Shown: positions 46,112-55,404 of the stretch, in pieces
Numbering within the stretch: position 1 is the stretch's first letter
Layout of the letters: each line of letters begins with the position of its first letter
Origin: an uncultured Candidatus Saccharibacteria bacterium
GTDB taxonomy: Bacteria > Patescibacteriota > SICC01 > CAYSOT01
DNA: 64,000 bases
Direction of reading: 5' to 3'
Assembly: GCA_964432765.1 (NCBI GenBank)
Contig: CAYSOT010000001.1
Location: 66,096 to 130,095 of the forward strand
Program-made: the position numbers and the translations under genes
The notes under the pieces: model-generated
What the model saw: only the letters and a program-made list of their open reading frames with translations
What the model was told of the DNA's origin: nothing
The model's database searches: none

Positions 46112-46873
46112 ATGAACTCAACTAATGCCATTTCGGTAAAGAATCTGCGGAAGCAGTATAAAGATGGTCCTGAAGCGCTTAAAGGGATCGATTTAGAAAT
46201 TGCTGAAGGCGAATTTTTTGGTTTGCTTGGCCCAAACGGTGCCGGTAAATCAACTCTCATTCATTCCATCACCGGCCTTGCTATTCCAACTAGCGGGGAA
46301 ATTTCTGTGTTTGGCCACGATGCGGTAAAGGATTACCAGCATGCCCGCAGCTACGTCGGTCTCGCTCCGCAGGAGCTGAATTTGGACTGGTTCTTAACCG
46401 TCGAGGAAACACTTGATTATCACGGCGGCTATTTCGGGATGCAAAAACCAGATCGTAAAAAGCGTATCACTGAACTACTCGAAGCGTTTTCACTTTCAGA
46501 TAAGCGTAAAACTAACATTCGGATGCTCTCCGGCGGCATGAAACGACGGCTTGTCATAGCACGTGCCCTTATGCACGAACCTCGAATGCTGATTCTTGAT
46601 GAACCAACTGCTGGGGTTGATGTTGAGCTACGTCTTGAGCTTTGGCACTACATGCGCGACGTCAATAAATCCGGTACAACCATTCTGTTAACGACGCACT
46701 ACATCGAAGAAGCTGAGGAGCTGTGCAGCAGGATAGCCCTGATCAACCATGGCCAGCTTGTTCAAATTGGCACGACCGCTGAACTAAAGAAGGAATACGG
46801 CAAGAAGACGCTTGAAGACGTTTACCTCCAGGTGGTAGGCCGAGAAGAGCTGGCAAGGACGGCAGAAGTATGA
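46112..46873 (+). CDS. ABC-2 type transporter ATP-binding protein (YadG-like)
   Basis: GPNGAGKST, LSGGMKRRL, LDEPTAGVD, TTHY. Confidence 0.95.
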   Translation: MNSTNAISVKNLRKQYKDGPEALKGIDLEIAEGEFFGLLGPNGAGKSTLIHSITGLAIPTSGEISVFGHDAVKDYQHARSYVGLAPQELNLDWFLTVEETLDYHGGYFGMQKPDRKKRITELLEAFSLSDKRKTNIRMLSGGMKRRLVIARALMHEPRMLILDEPTAGVDVELRLELWHYMRDVNKSGTTILLTTHYIEEAEELCSRIALINHGQLVQIGTTAELKKEYGKKTLEDVYLQVVGREELARTAEV

Positions 46874-47640
46874 AATTACTTCCTTCAATCCGCTTCCGAA
46901 CGATGCTTCGCCGAGAAGTCACGAGGTTCTGGCTTATAAAACGACAGACTATTCTCACACCACTGCTTGAGACATACCTCTACATTGCCGTCTTTGGCGC
47001 ATCACTGGGGTCTCGCGTTGGCGAGCTCAACGGTGTTCCCTACCAGACGTTCATCCTGCCTGGATTAATCATGATGGCGATGGCGATGAACTCATTTGCC
47101 AACAATGTCGCCAGCGTCTTCCAGCAACGTTTTCAGCGCGCCATCGACGACCAGCTTACATCGCCACTTGCTAACATCGAGCTCGTGACGGCCTTTACCC
47201 TTGGCGGATTTCTGCGTGGAGCGATTGTCGCGACCGTAACGTTCCTCACAGCAAGTACATTTGTTGATCTTCCAATTACTCATCCTCTACTATTGCTGGC
47301 AAGCCTGACACTGATTGGTTTATTCTTCGCAATGCTCGGCGTCTTGCTCGGCACCATAGCCGAAAGTTTTGATAATATCTCTCTCTACCAAAGCTTTATT
47401 TTGCAGCCGCTCATCTTCCTTGGCGGAGTCTTCTATTCTGTAACACTGCTCCCAGAACCCTTCAAGACGATTACGCACTTCAATCCCGTTTTTTACATGA
47501 TCAATATGGTCCGCTACGGATTTCTTGGTAAAGCCGATGTACAACCATGGCTCGCATTAAGCATTTTGTTCATAATCGTTGCTATTCTCTATCTCGCACT
47601 GCTGCGGCTCTTCAAGTCCGGCTATAAGCTACGTTTTTAA
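46870..47640 (+). CDS. ABC-2 type transporter permease (YadH-like)
   Basis: REVTRF...QT, YQTFILPGLIMM, PLIFLGGVFYS, NPVFYMIN, GYKLR. Confidence 0.92.
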   Translation: MKLLPSIRFRTMLRREVTRFWLIKRQTILTPLLETYLYIAVFGASLGSRVGELNGVPYQTFILPGLIMMAMAMNSFANNVASVFQQRFQRAIDDQLTSPLANIELVTAFTLGGFLRGAIVATVTFLTASTFVDLPITHPLLLLASLTLIGLFFAMLGVLLGTIAESFDNISLYQSFILQPLIFLGGVFYSVTLLPEPFKTITHFNPVFYMINMVRYGFLGKADVQPWLALSILFIIVAILYLALLRLFKSGYKLRF

Positions 47641-47708
47641 GTCACTCAAAGCGAAAGTGGCAGACAAGTCTCAGGGTGGTGAGGGCTTGTCTGCCACTGG
47701 GCGCGTCT

Positions 47709-47852
47709 TCATGAAGTGCGAGGGGTCCTTCTGGTGACGGGTCGGCGGATCGAAGGGCGGGTGGTCGGAGCGGGTCGCGCATTGCGTCGCTTTTCCTCCA
47801 GCTTCCTTCTGCGTCGCTCTTCCATCACCATCGCTACCTTCTTCTTCTGCAC
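47709..47852 (-). CDS. Small highly basic peptide (47 aa), not in the ORF track
   Basis: GTG start with AGGAAGGA SD; MQKKKVAMVMEERRRRKLEEKRRNARPAPTTRPSIRRPVTRRTPRTS; upstream ATGACA-17-TATGAT; downstream hairpin 47656-47698. Confidence 0.55.
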   Translation of the reverse strand: MQKKKVAMVMEERRRRKLEEKRRNARPAPTTRPSIRRPVTRRTPRTS

Positions 47853-47958
47853 GTGAGTCCTTCCTCTGTAGACACGGTCGAAGCGCAAAACCTATCATAC
47901 CGTGACCAAAGGCTCGTGTCATGGCAGCACGTCTAGAAATATGAAGTTTCGCTTGTGA

Positions 47959-48450
47959 TTATTTCTGAACGGACGAGGTGGCTCGGCGTGGAGTAAACGT
48001 CTTCTTGACCCAATCAGTAACCAGCGAATGTTGATGTTCAGGAAAACCATCAACACGCAAAGGCTCGCCAAGCGGTTGTCCACCGATGTCCCGAATCAGT
48101 GCTATGAGGTGATCAGCACTCGCGCAGAAGTTACTGTATTCATGGCGTCCTAGCGAAAACACGGCGACTGGCTTACCGGCAAGGTCCGCGCCAGCACGAA
48201 GAAGCTCGGCAAACTTGAACCACTGACTTGGGAGCTGGCCTTCAGTCAAACCAACGCCGATATCTGTCAGCCAGGTATTAGATCCGAAAACCAAGAGTTC
48301 GGGGGCATCAACCGCGTGCGGATCAAGATGCGTGACATCGGCTACAGTAACTTCGTATTTTTTTTGAAGCGCTTCGCCAATCCATTCGGCCACCATTTTG
48401 GTATTCCCCGAGTTTGATCCATAAACGATGAGTGCTCTTTGGCGCGCCAT
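47959..48450 (-). CDS. Flavodoxin
   Basis: IVYGSNSGNTKMVAE, FGSNTW, AVFSLG...YSNFC. Confidence 0.88.
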   Translation of the reverse strand: MARQRALIVYGSNSGNTKMVAEWIGEALQKKYEVTVADVTHLDPHAVDAPELLVFGSNTWLTDIGVGLTEGQLPSQWFKFAELLRAGADLAGKPVAVFSLGRHEYSNFCASADHLIALIRDIGGQPLGEPLRVDGFPEHQHSLVTDWVKKTFTPRRATSSVQK

Positions 48451-48468
48451 GCTCACACCCTACCAGAA

Positions 48469-51400
48469 TCAGTGATGTTCTGGCATATGGAAGCGTCTGC
48501 GCACCTTTTCTGAAAGCCGCCGGAAAGCAATGTACATGATCGGAGAAACAAACAACGACAGGAAACCAGACGTAAGCAAGCCAAACATTACGACTACGGC
48601 TAGCGAGCGATAGAACGGAGCAAATACGGCCAGCGGCGTGAGTGAAAAAAGCGCCGTTAACTTAGTCAGAATGATTGGCCGGAAACGGATGCCGGAAGCG
48701 TAGGTAATCGCCTCTTTGTCGTCCCAACCATCGCGAACTTTGTGGTTCGCGAGGTCCATCAAGAAGATCGCCACATTTACGACGAGTCCGACAAGGATAA
48801 TCAGGCCTATAATCTCCAAGAAGCCAAACTGGCTACCACCAACGAAGGCGAGCGCTGGGAAGACGCCAATAAATGTCAGAGGGATGGCAAAGAGAATAAT
48901 CAGCGGCTGCAGAAGCGAGTTGAAGAAAATTACGAGGCTGAGGTAGATCAGCAATATTGCGAGCAGTAGGGCGAGCCCAAGCTCTGTAAACGACTTCGCA
49001 ATCGATGCGACATCACCTTCGGAGTAGTTTTCCACTACTACATCTCTGTACTTAGAAGCGTAGTCTTTCTTGAATGCATCAATCGCGGCTTTTTGGATCA
49101 TTGCGTTGGTTTGCTGATCATTAACATCGCCGGTTGGCTTGGCCTTAACTACTCCGACGGTTTCGCCTTTAACACGCGTTATTGAACCAAGTGACGGTAC
49201 TTGCGATATATTTGCGACGCTGCCCAGCGCAACCGCTTGACCGGTCAGTGTTGGGACGGGTGTCGCAGCAAGTGCCTCGATAGTAGTAGGCTGCGGTACA
49301 GCAAGCTTCACAACGACATCCAAATCTTCGCCAGTATCGTTGACGGTTGTTACCTTCTTCCCATCGTTGAGACCATACAGACTGGCGAGCGTTTGACGCA
49401 CTGCAAGCGGCTGAACTGGTATCGCGGCGGTCTTTGCTGGATCAAGCTTAACTTCTACAAACGTTACTGGTCTCGAATCAAATCCGTTGTCGACCCGCGC
49501 TACGGCCTTTTGGTCAGTTGGGCAGTCTGCCTTAACCACATATGATGAGCCCTCTTTACAGACCTGCGTGAGAATTGTGCCGAGATCTTTGGATACCGAC
49601 TCTTGTGTGGTTAGGTTCTCGGTCTTAATTCCTATCGAGATCGGGAAATTAGATGTACTTGGACCAGCTCCGGCAACACCCGAAGTGATCTCAAAGAATC
49701 TATTCTGAATTGAACTCTCCTTGAGACGCCCAGTTATGCCGTTGTTAATTTCTTCGGCAGAAATCTTTCGTTCGTTTAGATCCGTCAAACCAATCACGTA
49801 CGTGTTTTCACTCGGTGACGTGGCAAACTCTTGCAGAGGTGTAACGTAGCGCACCTCTGATGATTTCATGACCGCCTGCACTACGGCTTCAGTGTCTTGC
49901 CGTCGCTGCTCAGCGGTGCGTTGTGGATATGGAATTGTCGTGAGGATGAGATAGTTGGCTTCTTTTGATTTCGCGAACTGGACAATTTTTAGTGCACCTG
50001 TGCCGATCATGACCTGGGCTATTAGAACCGGAACTATAAGAGCGCTGATTACGATAAGTGATCGTTTCCATTTGGCTGAATGCAAAATCTTCTTGTTAGT
50101 TCGCATCATCCAGCGTGCTGCCGGCCAAAGATTCTCTTCTTCGGCAGTCTTCGCACCAGGTCGTCGGCGCAAGAATCGTCTCGCTACTGGAGCCAAGAAA
50201 ACCAGCGGAACTACGTATGAAGCAAGAATCGCCGGAATAACCGTCAGTGGAATATAGGAAATAATTTCACCAAAGACACCTGAAACGACGCCAAATGGCA
50301 CAAAGACGAGCGTCGAACAAAGAACCGCCATAAAGAGTCCACCACCGATCTCGTTGATTGCGGCGAGAACGGCTTTGGTTCCCTTCAGCCCAGCGTCCAC
50401 CTTACGCTGAATCACTTCCAGCACTACAAGTGCTGGATCAACCACCAGTCCAATCACCAGTACCAGCGAGAAGAGTACGAGTGTGTTGAGTTCATTGCCG
50501 GTAAGCCAAATCAGAATCGTCGAGAAGAAGAACGACAATGGTATCGCCAACGCTGAAAGAATTGCCGCTCGCCAGGAGACAAGCAGAAGCATGATTACAA
50601 AGACAAGCTGGATACCACCGAAGAGATATCCAACCCACCCAATTGGTCCGAGATTCCAGTCTCGACCAAATAGACCTGTTTTGATCTCTTTTACCTGCTC
50701 GCGATTATCCGCGGCCGTATCGAAGGCTGTAACCGTCTCATAGCCTTCTAGCTGTTGCTTCGTTTCTTGTGGGAGTGCTTGGTATTCCGAAGATGATTGA
50801 TCAAAGTACTTTTTCAGAAGCGCTTGCAGTCTCTCGTCATAAGTACCAAGGTTTTCTCCATCGGCTACGTCGATTGAGAAGATAACGCCTTGTGCGAATC
50901 GTTGTTCGCCATTTTGGCGATACCCAACCCATGAAAGATTCGGTTCTTCATAGGTGTATGTGTCCTGAATCGTGCCAAGATCACGAAGCGCGACGACACT
51001 GCCCGGCTTGGAGGGCGAAAGGATTGTCAAATTTCTTAAGTCGGTAACTGATGCTCCGCCCGTCGAAAGTAGGATGTTGGTTTCTTTGCCGTTTAGCTCC
51101 GCATTATCCGTAACGGGTATTTGCAAGCCGAAACCTTGCAGCTGTGAAGTAACATCGCTGGGTGAAAGCCCTGCCGCTGCCAGCTTGGCGGGATCCAGCG
51201 ATACGGTGTATTGTTTTTCAAACGTATTAGAGAAATTCACGGCCGCTACAGCTGTGTCTTTCTCTATCTCGCGCTGAAGCAATTTCGTGACTTGATATGC
51301 ACGTGCCAGATCGGCCTGACCATTCCTCGGCACTACTGCGAAATAGTATTCGTCTGAACTGACTTTCGGCGTGAAGATTGTCGGCTTTTCTGCACCATCC

Positions 51401-51792
51401 GGAAGCTTGAGCGACTTCACGGCCCCATCAATTTTTCCTGACAGTGAATCAACGGCGACATCTGGATTCGCGACTACTGAAATCGTGGAGCTGTTGTTCG
51501 AAGACGTCGACGAGTAAGACTTTACCCCGGAGATAGATTTAATTTCGCCTTCAATTGGCTTTGTCACGGTCTCCTGAACGGTCTGCGCAGAAGCGCCCGG
51601 GTACACCGTTTGAACAATCAGCAGGTCAAGTTTTGGAGAGGGGAATCCGGATGTTCGAAGCGACACAATCGAGAGCGACCCAAGAACCACTAACAGCATC
51701 AACAACATCGCTGTCAGGCGGGTGCGCCTCAGAAAGAACTGAGCGATGCGGGCGTTGATGCCGAGTTTGTCAGAAGGCTTCGTTTCGGCCAT
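48469..51792 (-). CDS. RND-family (AcrB-like) transporter
   Basis: VYPGASAQTV...VTKPIE, AIPLSF, IGLVVD, RFRPIILT; start MAETKPS at 51792. Confidence 0.9.
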   Translation of the reverse strand: MAETKPSDKLGINARIAQFFLRRTRLTAMLLMLLVVLGSLSIVSLRTSGFPSPKLDLLIVQTVYPGASAQTVQETVTKPIEGEIKSISGVKSYSSTSSNNSSTISVVANPDVAVDSLSGKIDGAVKSLKLPDGAEKPTIFTPKVSSDEYYFAVVPRNGQADLARAYQVTKLLQREIEKDTAVAAVNFSNTFEKQYTVSLDPAKLAAAGLSPSDVTSQLQGFGLQIPVTDNAELNGKETNILLSTGGASVTDLRNLTILSPSKPGSVVALRDLGTIQDTYTYEEPNLSWVGYRQNGEQRFAQGVIFSIDVADGENLGTYDERLQALLKKYFDQSSSEYQALPQETKQQLEGYETVTAFDTAADNREQVKEIKTGLFGRDWNLGPIGWVGYLFGGIQLVFVIMLLLVSWRAAILSALAIPLSFFFSTILIWLTGNELNTLVLFSLVLVIGLVVDPALVVLEVIQRKVDAGLKGTKAVLAAINEIGGGLFMAVLCSTLVFVPFGVVSGVFGEIISYIPLTVIPAILASYVVPLVFLAPVARRFLRRRPGAKTAEEENLWPAARWMMRTNKKILHSAKWKRSLIVISALIVPVLIAQVMIGTGALKIVQFAKSKEANYLILTTIPYPQRTAEQRRQDTEAVVQAVMKSSEVRYVTPLQEFATSPSENTYVIGLTDLNERKISAEEINNGITGRLKESSIQNRFFEITSGVAGAGPSTSNFPISIGIKTENLTTQESVSKDLGTILTQVCKEGSSYVVKADCPTDQKAVARVDNGFDSRPVTFVEVKLDPAKTAAIPVQPLAVRQTLASLYGLNDGKKVTTVNDTGEDLDVVVKLAVPQPTTIEALAATPVPTLTGQAVALGSVANISQVPSLGSITRVKGETVGVVKAKPTGDVNDQQTNAMIQKAAIDAFKKDYASKYRDVVVENYSEGDVASIAKSFTELGLALLLAILLIYLSLVIFFNSLLQPLIILFAIPLTFIGVFPALAFVGGSQFGFLEIIGLIILVGLVVNVAIFLMDLANHKVRDGWDDKEAITYASGIRFRPIILTKLTALFSLTPLAVFAPFYRSLAVVVMFGLLTSGFLSLFVSPIMYIAFRRLSEKVRRRFHMPEHH

Positions 51793-51853
51793 ATGGCATA
51801 AGTTTAACGCAGCTAGAATTGTTTGTCCCCGTGGCGAAGGGTAGGATACCTGT

Positions 51854-52915
51854 ATGCGCAGCTTAGGAATTTTTGCGGCAAAGACAGCGATCGTCACGAT
51901 GGCGGCAATGATGGCTTTTTCCTTAATCGTGATTGTCCCTATCTTTCTAATCTTCGCGTTGCTTATCGCAAGCATTGGCGGTTCTGGTTCCGGCTCGACC
52001 AGCTTTGGGTCTGGCGGCGCTTCGCACACGTTTTTGGCAATTCCGGTCAAGGGCGTCATTGAAGGGACCGAAACTCAGTCTAATGACCCCTTTGGACTTT
52101 CCGACGAAAGCGTCGCGTATGGATATGCAATCAAAAGAGAGCTTTATCAGGCTGCGAAGAATGATTCTGTCGACGGCGTGGTGCTCGATATAGACTCCCC
52201 AGGCGGCACGATATACGGAGCTCGGGCAATTGCAGATGGAGTTGATCACTATAAACAGAAAACAAACAAACCCGTTTTTGCGTTTATTAGCGGGCTGGGT
52301 GCCAGCGGTGGATACTGGGCCGCCGCATCAGCAGATAAAATCATCGTTGATTACGGAAGCACCGTTGGCAGCATTGGAGTAATCAGTGGACCGTTCAAAT
52401 TCTACGACCGGCCAACTGCCGAAGACGGTGGAATTCTTACCGGGGGCATCGTAACTCAAAATGGAATTGAAACTGTCACCCTAACAGCCGGCAAGTCAAA
52501 GGATATTGGCAATCCTTACCGCCGTTTAACGGAGGGTGAAATCGCAACTCTGCAAACTGGCCTAAACAATGAATACGATGACTTTGTCTCTTATGTCTCG
52601 CAGAGGCGGGGTATCGATCAAAAAGTGTTGCGAGAACAGATTGGTGCTCTCATCTATGACAGCAAAACGGCAACTTCAATAAAGCTTACTGATGCCATTG
52701 CACCTCGCGAAGAAGCCTACGGTATGCTTGCCGATACAGCCGGTGTTCCGAGACGGGATTTCAAAGTCGTCGAGTCGTCATCGGGTAGTGGTACAGCTGC
52801 CATTGCGAGTAGTTTGCTTGGCAAAGAGAGGGAGTCCGACTCTTCTAGAAGCTGCTTTGAATCAACGATTCTGTTTGCCTTTTATGGCAACATCGACTCA
52901 ATCTGTAGTCGCTGA
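51854..52915 (+). CDS. sppA: Signal peptide peptidase SppA (S49)
   Basis: IDSPGG, ASGGYWAA, GSIGV, GKSKD. Confidence 0.9.
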   Translation: MRSLGIFAAKTAIVTMAAMMAFSLIVIVPIFLIFALLIASIGGSGSGSTSFGSGGASHTFLAIPVKGVIEGTETQSNDPFGLSDESVAYGYAIKRELYQAAKNDSVDGVVLDIDSPGGTIYGARAIADGVDHYKQKTNKPVFAFISGLGASGGYWAAASADKIIVDYGSTVGSIGVISGPFKFYDRPTAEDGGILTGGIVTQNGIETVTLTAGKSKDIGNPYRRLTEGEIATLQTGLNNEYDDFVSYVSQRRGIDQKVLREQIGALIYDSKTATSIKLTDAIAPREEAYGMLADTAGVPRRDFKVVESSSGSGTAAIASSLLGKERESDSSRSCFESTILFAFYGNIDSICSR

Positions 52916-53602
52916 TCATGTTCGCTTGAGCCCGGCTCTGGGCATCACACCGAACGTCAAAATAAGTGCTAAGAGAAGCGCAAAGCCGCACATAATCGAG
53001 GGCACCGCTATTCGCGTTGTGGCATTAATAACATTGACGAAAAACGTTGGTAGCAAGATGGCGAGATAGCCAACAAAGAGCCAGCGTGCAGCGGCTGACT
53101 TTTTCTCGCCCGCCATCATAGTTTGGTATGCGTACAACATTCCTATTCCAATGAGACCAAAGTAGTAAACACCGTACAGCAGATTTGCTGGATGCGCGAG
53201 CGTGAGAATTGTGTAATTGCCGGTGCATGCCACAGTCGTAATCGAAAATGGTAAAACTAGAAATAGTACGCACCAGACTGCGGCAAGAAAGAGTGAATAT
53301 CGCGCAACTTGTTCATCGCGCCCGGCCAGTGTCGTGGCAAGACGAATCCCCAGTGGCGGCAACAAGGTAATCGCAATATAGCCAAGTATCGCTACTGGTC
53401 TCGATGGTTCGATCAAACAAATGACATATTCTGCAAGCTGAAATGCTCCGAGTAGCACTAAGAGACCAAATACTGATGAGCCGATTCGGTCCATTCGGTA
53501 GCGGGTGTAGATCCAGCCAGCCAGCGCCCACTCAAGAAAGAAGGTAGCGAGCATCACGCCTGGTGAAAAGCACCAGACTCGAGCGTTTCCCCTAGCGGGC
53601 AT
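52916..53602 (-). CDS. Multi-pass membrane protein, unknown function
   Basis: About 7 hydrophobic segments; CFSP, FQLAEYVIC, PSIMCGFA. Confidence 0.7.
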   Translation of the reverse strand: MPARGNARVWCFSPGVMLATFFLEWALAGWIYTRYRMDRIGSSVFGLLVLLGAFQLAEYVICLIEPSRPVAILGYIAITLLPPLGIRLATTLAGRDEQVARYSLFLAAVWCVLFLVLPFSITTVACTGNYTILTLAHPANLLYGVYYFGLIGIGMLYAYQTMMAGEKKSAAARWLFVGYLAILLPTFFVNVINATTRIAVPSIMCGFALLLALILTFGVMPRAGLKRT

Positions 53603-53987
53603 CAACCAGATTTACAGTAATCTGTCGCTCGCGAGGACCATCAAATTCGAAGAGTACTACGCGTTGCCAGTTTCCCAGCTGCAGCGTACCTTCCTTTACT
53701 GGCACCGCGACATTCGGGCCAATCAGCGTAGCGATGATGTGGTCTGGTGTATGTTTCGGATTGTGAGGGTGACGATAATGTAATTTCGGCACCATCTTGT
53801 AGAAAGCATCTAGCATGTCGAGGTCAGTTCCAGGATCAAGGTCTGCCGTCGTCAACGCAGTGGTGGTATGTTGCACGAAAGCATGGCAAACGCCTTCTTG
53901 CAGGCCTGATTCCGTCACAATATTTTGCAGTCGCTCAGTAATATCGACGACTTGTTTGTTTTCTGCCGTTGGTTCACTAAATTCCAT
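53592..53987 (-). CDS. YjbQ/UPF0047 family protein
   Basis: VDIT, HTTTAL, LQLGNWQRVVLFEFDGPRER. Confidence 0.9.
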   Translation of the reverse strand: MEFSEPTAENKQVVDITERLQNIVTESGLQEGVCHAFVQHTTTALTTADLDPGTDLDMLDAFYKMVPKLHYRHPHNPKHTPDHIIATLIGPNVAVPVKEGTLQLGNWQRVVLFEFDGPRERQITVNLVDAR

Positions 53988-54114
53988 CTTTAACCTCGTT
54001 TGTTTGCCTTCACGCTACCACGTCCAAGGAGAGCCAAACAACTACTTTGCAGTTGTCTACAGATTTTCGGCGCGCTACAGTGAGCGTAGCAACAAAAATT
54101 AAACAAGAGGCCTT

Positions 54115-54474
54115 ATGCCACCCGCAAAGAAAACCACGACCCAGACCCCTGCTAAACCAGAGGTAATTGAGCTCACTTACGAACAGCCAATGTACCAGCG
54201 AGTAATTTATTTACTGCTCGGGATTATTAACGGCCTGCTTTTTTTCCGCCTGTTTTTCTTAATCTTCGGCGCCAACCCGCTTAACAACATTGTTGACGCT
54301 GTTTACCAGGTAACAAAACCCCTGGTACAGCCGTTTGTTGGAATGTTTCCTGGCATTGGAGATAAGGGATGGGATGGTTCAACCATCATGGCAATAATTT
54401 GTTACACCTTGCTTGCGCAGCTAGTGATTTACGTTATTCGCCCCTTTGTGCCAAACCGTACTGTCCAGCAGTAG
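54115..54474 (+). CDS. YggT family membrane protein
   Basis: LFFRLFF...GANP.N.IV..VYQVTKPLVQPF. Confidence 0.8.
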   Translation: MPPAKKTTTQTPAKPEVIELTYEQPMYQRVIYLLLGIINGLLFFRLFFLIFGANPLNNIVDAVYQVTKPLVQPFVGMFPGIGDKGWDGSTIMAIICYTLLAQLVIYVIRPFVPNRTVQQ

Positions 54475-55404
54475 TCAGGCCGGCTTTTTAACGACGAAGC
54501 GCTGCGCTAGCTGACCCTTTTTGCCGTCCAGTTCATAGAGCGTATCTTCACACATTTCCCAACCGGGGAAGGCATGTTCAAGCTCTCCATACATAAATGG
54601 ATATCGACACTCTGAATCATCTCTCAGGGTGCCAAGCCAGCCTTCGACATACAGCATCCCTTGAGGTTTAAGTGCATCACCCAACTTTCGGAATGCCTCC
54701 ATCCGGAAAACTGGATCGAGGAAATGGAGCGAGTGCCTGGCAACGATACCGTCATATTCACGGGCAAGCTGTGTTACCTCAATTCTCGCTTGCAGTGTTT
54801 CAAACGGAATTCCGAGCAGTTTTTGGAGCTCAACGAGTCTGGTGTGTTCTCCCGTGTCTGGTTCCACTGCTGTAACTTGTGCTCCCTTTCTCGCCATTTC
54901 TTGGGTAAGCAGTCCCCAGCCAGCGCCAACATCAAGAATTCTTCCGCTTGAAAAATGCTCTGCATGCTTGCCAAGCAAAGACTCGCGCTCTGAAAGCGTA
55001 ATGGTCATAGGCGTTTCCTGATACAACCGATCTGTGCGCAGAAAGCGGTACCCGAGTTGCATCAAGTAGCTTCGCCCGAGGCTTGGCGGAAGATTGATTG
55101 CCACTGTATCAATGTCTCGTTCAGTCGCGGCAGCTTCTGCATGAAGTGCAGCGGCAATGTACGCGATACCATCAGGAGCCGGTTCAACTTCGTAGATATT
55201 CTGCACAAACGTGGCGGGCGACTGGAGCAAACTACCGTCTGGTAGTTCGCTAACTCCGTGGCGCAAATTAACCAGGAGCTGGGGGTTTACTTCTGGTCCA
55301 AGCCGGAGCACCTCGGTCCGCGGAAGCGACGTGTTTTCTGGCGGACGCCCCTCAGTAAATTGGCCGTGAGCTCGCCAACGTTCCATATCGGCATGACTAG
55401 CCAT
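54475..55404 (-). CDS. Class I SAM-dependent methyltransferase with unknown N-terminal domain
   Basis: ILDVGAGWG, VTAVE, YDGIV, LKPQG, GELEHAFPGWE (TehB-like end). Confidence 0.8.
   Translation of the reverse strand: MASHADMERWRAHGQFTEGRPPENTSLPRTEVLRLGPEVNPQLLVNLRHGVSELPDGSLLQSPATFVQNIYEVEPAPDGIAYIAAALHAEAAATERDIDTVAINLPPSLGRSYLMQLGYRFLRTDRLYQETPMTITLSERESLLGKHAEHFSSGRILDVGAGWGLLTQEMARKGAQVTAVEPDTGEHTRLVELQKLLGIPFETLQARIEVTQLAREYDGIVARHSLHFLDPVFRMEAFRKLGDALKPQGMLYVEGWLGTLRDDSECRYPFMYGELEHAFPGWEMCEDTLYELDGKKGQLAQRFVVKKPA

Noticed and set aside
47671-47922. 83-aa ORF from the track
   Set aside because: Its start lies in the -35 box and its end in the hairpin; the 47-aa frame has a proper SD and promoter spacing.
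51793-52059. N-terminal 89 aa of the 1196-aa RND ORF overlapping sppA
   Set aside because: It is the antisense shadow of sppA; the RND-like sequence starts at MAETKPS (51792), which has its own -10.
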